A stretch of DNA of 29,712 nucleotides from positions 1 through 29,712 of the IMG/VR virus record IMGVR_UViG_3300036815_000065; one strand, given 5' to 3'. Every line of letters starts with the position of its first letter. Within the stretch, counting starts at the first letter, position 1. Below the pieces are notes generated by a model. The model was not told where the DNA came from. It searched no databases and was given only the letters and a program-made list of their open reading frames with translations. The DNA comes from a virus. Its lineage: Duplodnaviria > Caudoviricetes. Shown here one piece after another: positions 17,280 through 25,000 of the stretch. The position numbers were made by a program, and so were the translations under genes.

Positions 17280-19154
17280 CTAGCTGAACGGCGTGGTGTC
17301 CGACACCTGCAAGCCACCGAGGTACGCGGAGTACTGCGGGGCGTGCGCGGTCAGCGCGCCGTACAGGAAAATCGAGTAGCGGAACGTGGCGTCGATCACG
17401 GGCCACGCGATGGACACGTAGTCCTGGACACACACCATCTCCCAGGCCTGGGAGAGGTTCGACCACACCTGCGGCAGCTGGTAGGTCATCAGCATCGCGT
17501 TGCCCTGCGTCAGCCACGGGTGAACCACGAGCTTCAGCAGCGAACGGGTGATGGGGTTCTGGAACTCCGAGACGGCAGCGCCGACCCGGACACCCGGAAC
17601 CTCAGCCTGCTCCAGGAACAGCCGGTAGTTCGTGCCCGCGCCCTGCGAGATCACGTCGTTCGACAGGCGCATGATGTCGCCGCCGTTGCCCATGATCTCC
17701 GCCGGGTCGGCCTTGAACGCCCCGGTGTTGGTACCGTTCGTCTCCCACAGGCCGTCCAGCGCGGTGTAGATCGCGTTGTACGACAGGTGAGTACCGACGG
17801 ACTGGTTGACGTAACCGCCCTGCCAGCCGTTCGGGTAGATACCGGCGCGAGCCGACTGCCCGGTCAGCGTCGGGATGACGCCCTCCATGCGGGTGCCCTT
17901 GCCGGTGCCGGTGTCCGTGGTCGGCGCGATCACCGAGTTGGACGAGGTCGGCGCGGTGCCCTGAAGGGTGAAGCGGATACCGCCCGGGCCGGTCGCGGTC
18001 TGAGTGCCGGAAGTCACCACACCGGACTGGGTGGTGGTGCCGACCGCCAGGTAGGAGTTCGCCGCAGTCGGCGAACCGTTGACCGACACGTAGATGTTGT
18101 ACGACAGCGCACCGGCAACCGGGGCGATCGTGACGTCCACGACGGTGGAGGTGGTGGTGGCGACGGTGCCGGACACGGCGGAGGCCACAGTCTCGCCGTA
18201 GTAGTTCAGCGCCGTGACGACCACGGTGTAGTCGGCGTTGGAACCGATCGGCGTCTCGTTCGACCCGGCGGTACGCAGGGTGATCGTCGGCGCGGCCGGA
18301 GTCGCGAGCGGGGCCGAGGTGCCCGCCAGCATCATGTACTCCTCGCCCAGCATCATCTCCTGAAGGAGAATCAGGTTGGCGAGAGCGCTGATGTCTTCAA
18401 AGCCCTGCCCAGCGAACTGCGCGAGGAACGACAGCTGCTCGGTGAGGCCGAAGAACCGGTAAGGCACGTTCAGGTTCTGCTCGGTCTGGTCGCCGGACTG
18501 CGGCAGGTTCAGAGGCCAGTTGCTGAACGAGGTCGAACCCGTCAGCTCCGAGGTCGAGATGTCCAGGACGGACTGACCGCCGGTGCCGGTACCGGAGATG
18601 CCGGTGAACAGCTTCTCCTGCATCGACAGGCCCTGCCCGGCCGGACGCGGCAGCTTGTTGCGCAGCACCGTGTACACCGGGTAGATCAGCCGCGACGGCG
18701 CCCGCAGGTCGAACGGCGCGAGACCGTACACGGAGCCGATACCCAGGTTGCCAGCGGTGAACGACTTGTTCACAGCCTCGGCGCCACCCGGCATGCCCTT
18801 AACCAGCTCAACCATCTGGTCGAACGCCGACGGGGTGTTCAGGGCGGTCTTCAGGTACCCGAAGTTGTCGAGGAACTTCGGGTTCAGGCCGCCGACCACG
18901 GCGGACTTGTTCAGGTAGCCCATCTGCGTGGTCTCACGCAGGTCAACGGTCGCCTGCGTGGCGCGGGCGGTGATGTCCTCCTGGTTGCCCAGGGGCTGGT
19001 TGCCGCCGATGTAACCGGCGCCCTTCACCAGCGACATCATCGACGACTTCACCAGGTCGGCGGTGCGGTTGTGCTCCGAAAGCTCACGGGCTGCGGCAGA
19101 AACGACCTGCCCGGGAACCGGCGGAGCGTCCTCCATGTCCAGAACAGTAGCCAT
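17280..19154 (-). CDS. Major capsid protein with N-terminal leader and inserted Ig/FN3-like domain
   Basis: 624 aa after the protease/scaffold gene; AGAGGAG SD; hairpin downstream. Motifs PFDL.APSRLIYPVYTVLRNKLPR and EEYMMLAG; C-terminal YGALTAHAPQYSAYLGGL. Confidence 0.88.
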   Translation of the reverse strand: MATVLDMEDAPPVPGQVVSAAARELSEHNRTADLVKSSMMSLVKGAGYIGGNQPLGNQEDITARATQATVDLRETTQMGYLNKSAVVGGLNPKFLDNFGYLKTALNTPSAFDQMVELVKGMPGGAEAVNKSFTAGNLGIGSVYGLAPFDLRAPSRLIYPVYTVLRNKLPRPAGQGLSMQEKLFTGISGTGTGGQSVLDISTSELTGSTSFSNWPLNLPQSGDQTEQNLNVPYRFFGLTEQLSFLAQFAGQGFEDISALANLILLQEMMLGEEYMMLAGTSAPLATPAAPTITLRTAGSNETPIGSNADYTVVVTALNYYGETVASAVSGTVATTTSTVVDVTIAPVAGALSYNIYVSVNGSPTAANSYLAVGTTTQSGVVTSGTQTATGPGGIRFTLQGTAPTSSNSVIAPTTDTGTGKGTRMEGVIPTLTGQSARAGIYPNGWQGGYVNQSVGTHLSYNAIYTALDGLWETNGTNTGAFKADPAEIMGNGGDIMRLSNDVISQGAGTNYRLFLEQAEVPGVRVGAAVSEFQNPITRSLLKLVVHPWLTQGNAMLMTYQLPQVWSNLSQAWEMVCVQDYVSIAWPVIDATFRYSIFLYGALTAHAPQYSAYLGGLQVSDTTPFS

Positions 19155-19217
19155 GGGGTAACTCCTCTCAGTATGTCTGTGCGCTAATACGCGTGGTGTC
19201 CTAGTCGGGGTTGTGTG

Positions 19218-22046
19218 TTAGCGCATCCCGCGCATCCGAGACAGAGCACTCCAAGCCGCTTCCCGCGCCATGGGGTCCGTCGAAGTGTCGAACTGGTGCT
19301 GAAGCTCACGGGCTACCGCCGCCTGAGCCTGAGCAGCAATCTGTGCCGCATCCGCCGGAGCGGACTTCTGAGCCACCGGCCCAGACGGCAAAGTCTGAAG
19401 GATCGCCTGACCGCGCCACGGGCCGTTCGGCTCCGGCTGCGAGGCGATAGCGTCCACTGTCTTCTGGAGGGCCTTGTTCAGCTTGCGCTGCTCGGCGAGG
19501 GCCTTGTTGGCCTCCGTCAGCTGCTCCTGAAGCGGAGAGATCATCTCCGAGAGCAGGGCCTTCATCGCGTCGGCGTCCATAGCCTCCGCGACACCCTTGC
19601 GCTTCTTGGTCTTCTTGGCCTTCACCACCGGCTCCGGCTCCGGGGCGAGCGCATCCCGCGCCTGCTCCATCGTCAGCAGCCCCTTGGCTACCAGTCGAGT
19701 GACCTCCTCGGACAACGGCTCCACCACGTTCTCCTCGTTCGGCGTCTCGGACTTCTGCGCCTCGGGAACACCGTGGTTCACCTTCGGCGCGCCCGGTGCG
19801 CACATCGGGCACAGGTCCGGGAACGTCTGAGCAATGTGGTCGTGCATCGCCGACATGGCCTGCCGGGCGTTGTCACGCTGCGAGTTGGAGTAGAACACCC
19901 GCGACGGCATCCCGGTCGTCGACGGCGGCTCCACCGCGTGGTCGTCCTTGTTCGCCGGAGAGTCCGCCGCACGACCATCCTGAAGGAACGGCCGGTCGAA
20001 CTGGTTCGGCTTGATCTGACCCGGGTGCGGACCCGTGTTCGGGCCAGCGTGCTGGAACGACGGACGCTCATGCCCCGACGTGATCAACGGCCGGTTGAAC
20101 CGGGTCGCGCTGATCTCCGTCGGCTTAGGCGCCGACGCCGGACCCATGTTCGCGTCCGCGAACGCCTTGTGAGCCTCAAGACGCAGCTCCGCCAGCATCT
20201 CCGGGTGCGTCTCCGAGAGAGTCACCGCGTGCTGCCAACGCTTCGCAGCCAGCTTCGCCTCACCGAGCGGAGCCGACGCCGCAGCATCCAGAGCCTTCAG
20301 CTGCCACGCCGAGGTGTCCAGCGCCTCCAGACGCGTGAACGGGTGCGACTTGTTCGCCACTGCCGGGTCGTACGCCGGGCAGAGCAGGTCGTGCAGCGCA
20401 CCCATGTCCTCCGGAACGTTCAGCGACTTCAGGCGGTGGATCGTCTTGACATAGTTCGAGTCCGGGTCGGTCGGGATCTTCATGTCGGCCTCGAACTGCT
20501 CGATGGCCGGGCCGTCCGGCTCACGGTGCCGATCCACCGGCCGCGACGACTCCGACTCAACCCCGTCAGACGGCGTCGGCTGAGTGCGACCGGCGGTAAC
20601 CAGAGCGCCCTTCGAGGCCTTGTTGGCCTTGGGCAGCTTCGTACCGCACTTCTCGCACTTCTTCATCTTCGAGTCGGCGTCGTAGCCGTTGCCGCAGTTC
20701 GGGCAGTCCTTCGCGCCCTTCACCGCAACAGCCTTCGAGCCACCCGAACCGGCCGCGTCCTCCCCGCCGTCGTCGTCCGGCTTGTCCGCCGAATCGTTGT
20801 CGTACGTGGAGTTGTCGTCGTCGCCATCGTCCGGAGCGTCCTGACCACCCTGCTGACCCGACGGCGGGGGAGTAGCACCCTTGTGGGAACCCGGCTTCAC
20901 CTTCGGCTCCGTGCCGTCGTCGTCCTCCTCGGAACCCGGCTTGTCCGCGTCCTTACCGTCACCGTCCGAGTCGGTGCCGTCGAACGGCTTGGCCGCGCCA
21001 GGAAAAGGAGGCTTCTTGCCCTTCTTGCCCTTGGCGATGGCCTCAGCCTCATCCATGACCTCAGTATCCATGGCCTTGTTGCCCTCGCCCTCGTTGGTCC
21101 AGGAGTCCGGCAGCTGCGCCACGAACGACGGGCCCTTACGCCGGGCAATCCGAATGATGTTGGCCTTCAGCTGATCCGAGCTGTAGTTGTCGGAACCGGC
21201 ACGGCCGATCGAGGACGCGGCGTCGGAGACATCCCCAGGCGTCACGATCGGGAACGAGCGGTTGCGTCCGGCGAAGTCAGCAGCCGGAATCTTGTCGCGG
21301 TCGGTACCGCCACCGACATTCGGGTCCATGTCGCGCTTCGCAACGGCAGTGTCCCGAGACTTGAGCAGAGCAGCGAGGTCAGCCGGAGAGACGGAGACCT
21401 TAGCCTTGCGGGGAAGGGAGACCTCAACAACGTCGTCGTCGGCCATCACGGTCGCAGCGATAGATTCTCCAATTCGGGACACAAGGTCCGGATCAGCGTA
21501 CATGGTTCCGGTAAAGCGCGCCGAACCGTCTGCCGCTGCCTTCGCCAGCTCCAAGTATGCATTCTTGTTCGCGGGTCGGTCTACAACACTCAACTCGGCG
21601 AGTGTGCCACCGCAGATGATGCCGCCCGGTGCGCGGCCGGTCGGGTCGCGCTTGATGACGGGGTCGATGATGCCGACGGAGTAGGCGCGCAGCACGCCCT
21701 CCTCCACAAGCTTGATCGCCAAGGGGTCGACGATCACCGACTTCACCCAGTGCTTGCCGTCGCCGTCACGGTCCAGCTGTACCTGCGTGCCCTTGCCGAT
21801 GGGGCGCTTCGAGTCGTGCGACATGCGGACGTTGCCGCCGGTCGCAAGCCAGTCCGTGAGTGCCTTCGCGGACCAGTCCGAGTCCACGATCTGCCGGTCG
21901 GAATCCACGGTGCCGTCAGTGGCGACACCGTGGATCACGAGGTTGCCGCGCGCGTCCTTCTCCATCTTCGAGATGGGGAACGAGACGTACAGCTCCGAGT
22001 GCCGGGTGGGGAGGTCCCCCACGGGCGGAGAAAGGGTCATGGCCAT
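19218..22046 (-). CDS. Prohead maturation protease-scaffold fusion
   Basis: 942 aa; AAAGGAGG SD. HK97/XkdF-type protease motifs G.AT...VDSDRQIVD, NVRMSH, GVLRAYSVG, LAELSVVDRPAN in the first ~170 aa, followed by a small helical domain, acidic linker, CPNC/CEKC zinc ribbon and C-terminal coiled coil. Confidence 0.88.
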   Translation of the reverse strand: MAMTLSPPVGDLPTRHSELYVSFPISKMEKDARGNLVIHGVATDGTVDSDRQIVDSDWSAKALTDWLATGGNVRMSHDSKRPIGKGTQVQLDRDGDGKHWVKSVIVDPLAIKLVEEGVLRAYSVGIIDPVIKRDPTGRAPGGIICGGTLAELSVVDRPANKNAYLELAKAAADGSARFTGTMYADPDLVSRIGESIAATVMADDDVVEVSLPRKAKVSVSPADLAALLKSRDTAVAKRDMDPNVGGGTDRDKIPAADFAGRNRSFPIVTPGDVSDAASSIGRAGSDNYSSDQLKANIIRIARRKGPSFVAQLPDSWTNEGEGNKAMDTEVMDEAEAIAKGKKGKKPPFPGAAKPFDGTDSDGDGKDADKPGSEEDDDGTEPKVKPGSHKGATPPPSGQQGGQDAPDDGDDDNSTYDNDSADKPDDDGGEDAAGSGGSKAVAVKGAKDCPNCGNGYDADSKMKKCEKCGTKLPKANKASKGALVTAGRTQPTPSDGVESESSRPVDRHREPDGPAIEQFEADMKIPTDPDSNYVKTIHRLKSLNVPEDMGALHDLLCPAYDPAVANKSHPFTRLEALDTSAWQLKALDAAASAPLGEAKLAAKRWQHAVTLSETHPEMLAELRLEAHKAFADANMGPASAPKPTEISATRFNRPLITSGHERPSFQHAGPNTGPHPGQIKPNQFDRPFLQDGRAADSPANKDDHAVEPPSTTGMPSRVFYSNSQRDNARQAMSAMHDHIAQTFPDLCPMCAPGAPKVNHGVPEAQKSETPNEENVVEPLSEEVTRLVAKGLLTMEQARDALAPEPEPVVKAKKTKKRKGVAEAMDADAMKALLSEMISPLQEQLTEANKALAEQRKLNKALQKTVDAIASQPEPNGPWRGQAILQTLPSGPVAQKSAPADAAQIAAQAQAAVARELQHQFDTSTDPMAREAAWSALSRMRGMR

Positions 22047-22067
22047 CGGGGACCTCCTTTGTCGTTG

Positions 22068-25000
22068 TTACAGGGTCGGCCAACCGGCGAGGTTCGGGCC
22101 CGGCTGGAAGCCCAGTGCGGTCGGAAGCGAACTGCCGTTGCTTGGCGCGAACGCGCTCGTCAGGCCGCGCAGCTGACCCACGGTGTTCTGGAGCATCGCT
22201 CCGAGCGAGGTCACCAGGGACGTGAACAGTGACTGCGGCCAGCCGTTCCCGGACAGTGCGCCCTTCCAGGCGCGTTCGGCGCCTTCAAGGTTGCCCAGTG
22301 CGTCGGCCGTATAGCCGCTCTCTGCGGCCTCGGATGCCGCGCTCAGGTAGTCGGCCATCGCGTACTCTCCGAGCGCCTTAGCGAGCACGGACGCCTGCCA
22401 GAGCTTGTTGCCGGTCGGCTTGAGTGCGTGCAGTGTCTCCGCTGCGTGCGCTCGAACCTGATCCCGCATCACCGGGCAACCGGAGATCTCCTCCGGATTC
22501 CACCAAGCCAGCGACTCCGTGAAATCACCGTCCGGGTCATCCGGATTCACCACCGCATCACGATCGCCATGGATGTCGATGTCGGTCTCATGCGGCACAG
22601 CGAGAGCGAACCCGTTGTACACGCCATCATCCGACTCCCACGCCCCGAGCGCAGTCACAGTGTCCGGCAACGTGATGCCGGTCTCCTCCTGCCACTCCCG
22701 GCGAGCCGCCTCCAACGCCGACTCGCCCGGCTCAAGCCGACCGCCCGGGAACTCCCACCGGCCGCCAGCCGGATCGTCGTCCTTGAGCGCGCGCTGAAGC
22801 ATCAACACGCGCCCGGTGTCTTGAGCCTGCAACGCGATACCAGCCGCCACCGGGCCGTCGCCCTTGTTCTGCGGCGACGCGCCGGAGTGGAACTGCGAGG
22901 AGTGCGTCTCATCCCACACGCCGCCGTCCGTGTCGACGAACCCCACGTACGTGAGGAACGGCTTACCGGCCTTGACGGCTGCCTCGTACCGGTGGTGCCC
23001 GTCGATCACCTTGATCTTGTTCTCGCCGGGTTCCTGCACCGACACGCCAGGATGAACGGGCTTGCCCTTGCGGAGCTTGTCCGCGAAGTGCTCAACCCGC
23101 GTCTGCTGATGCGACGCCGCCCACGAGTGCTCGTCGTCGGTGTCCACGCGGTCGGTCGGCACCAACACGGGGCCGATCCACCGCACCTTCTTGATCCACT
23201 TGATCGACTTGGGCGGATAGTTGATCAGCATCTGGCTGTAGACGTGCTCCGCCTCCACCGGATTCGGATCACCGTGATCAGCAGCAGCCTTGCCCTGCTC
23301 GCGGTGATGCACCGGCATCGGACGCGTCCCGTCACCCACCGGCTCCGCATGGAAAATGTCGTCAGCGTCATGCGGACGCTGAACCGGACCGCCGAACCCA
23401 GCCGGATCGTACGGGTTGTCCGACACAACCGGCGGCTCCAGGCCCTCCTCATCCTCCGGCACGTGAACCTGACCGCCGGTGTCCACCCAACGCTCGCCGT
23501 CTTCCACGGCGTAGTCCCGAGTCGGGATGGCGGACTTGCGGCGCGCCGCCCGCGACTCGAACCACTCCTTGAACCGAGACACCGCCTCCGAACGGTTCCC
23601 GGACGACAGCAACTGGCTACGCAGGTACTCCACCGAGTCGTCGTCGAGCAGCTTCGGCGACCACGAACCGCCCTTGTCGAGCCTGCGGACGCACGCCTCA
23701 GCCTCAGCAACCACCTTGTACGGTTCCACGTGGAACATGCGGTCAGACCGGATACGGTCACCCAGCCGGTCGGCGAACTTCGCGATGTCGCCGTCCGACA
23801 TGACCGGCGAACCCTTGATCTCCACCTCGATCAGCTGCGACGCCTTAGCCTGCCGGTACGCAGTGTCACTGAAGTGCAGCTGACGCTCACGCATGTCCGA
23901 CACCGCCCCGAGCACCGCAGCCTCGAAGTTGCCCTTGGTGATGTCAACGTGAGCGAACTTCGGCCACATCGACGACACCGCATCCATCAGATCCGTCAAC
24001 GACAGACCCGCCATGTTCTGCGGACCGTACTGCGGCAGGAACTGCGCGATCATCGACGCCGGAATGTCCCCCGGCTCCACCGCCACACCCGGGTAGCCCC
24101 CAAGCGAACGAATCCGCTGATTCGCCAGGTCAGCAAGCTGCTGACGAAGCTCATCCCGGTTCATCGCCCGCGACTGCGCGGAAGTGTCATCCTCACCGAA
24201 GTCATTCGGCAGCGACGCCACAAACGACTCGCGAGCCTCCTGCGCCTGCATCCGCCGGGCAGTGATGTCCGACAGCTGCTGCTGGAAGTAACCCGCACGA
24301 TCCAACGTCGTCGTGGTCTGCGCCAGCGTCGTGCCGCCCTCGCTGTACGACAGGTAGCACTTGCAGTTCTGCCCGCCGAGACAGATGGCGTCCTTACCGC
24401 CGAACCCGCCGTCACCAGGCCAACCCGGAAGCTGCTTGAACGTGTAGGTCTTGCCGTCCCGAGCCACGCACAGTTCGCAGTGCTCGGCGTCACCAAGATG
24501 CCACGTGATCGTGTACTCCGGGTTCGACGCGCCGACCGCGAGACCGAACCCCTGGTTGTAGGTGCCCTGAAGGGACTGCGCGTACAGGTCCGTGCGGGCC
24601 TGCAACCACCCCAGAGCATCCGACGCCGCCGAACCCGCAGCAGCAAGCATCCACATCAGGTAGGTCGCCTGCGTGGCTGCGCGGGTAGCGGCGATGGACA
24701 CGAAGTCCACCATCGAGTACCCGCCTGCGTCCGCCAGTCCCTGATCCTCAGCGTCAGCGGCAGCAGTCTGAAGGATGTCGCTGTAGGCGTCCTGCAAGAT
24801 CTGCTTGCCTTCGTGTGTCGCGTCGGCGGTGGAGATGTCCTTGTCGCGGTGGCGTAGGGCGAGGTCGTACAGCTGCTGCGAGACCTTGTCCTTGGACGCT
24901 GCGACGGCTGCGGTGCGTGCCGCGAGATGCTTGGCGTCCTTGTCGGCCTTGGTGGCGGGCTTGGCCTTGGGCTTGGCGGTAGAGGAACCGCTGCTACCGG

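Noticed and set aside
19155-19217. Possible late-promoter motif (ACTAGGACACC upstream of the capsid gene vs ACTAGCACACACC upstream of the tRNA)
   Set aside because: Only two imperfect short matches, not distinguishable from chance without TSS data.
22940-23270. ParB-like domain as evidence of a plasmid-prophage partition system
   Set aside because: Only the N-terminal ParB/Srx fold is present, inside the portal fusion; no HTH, ParA or parS is visible.
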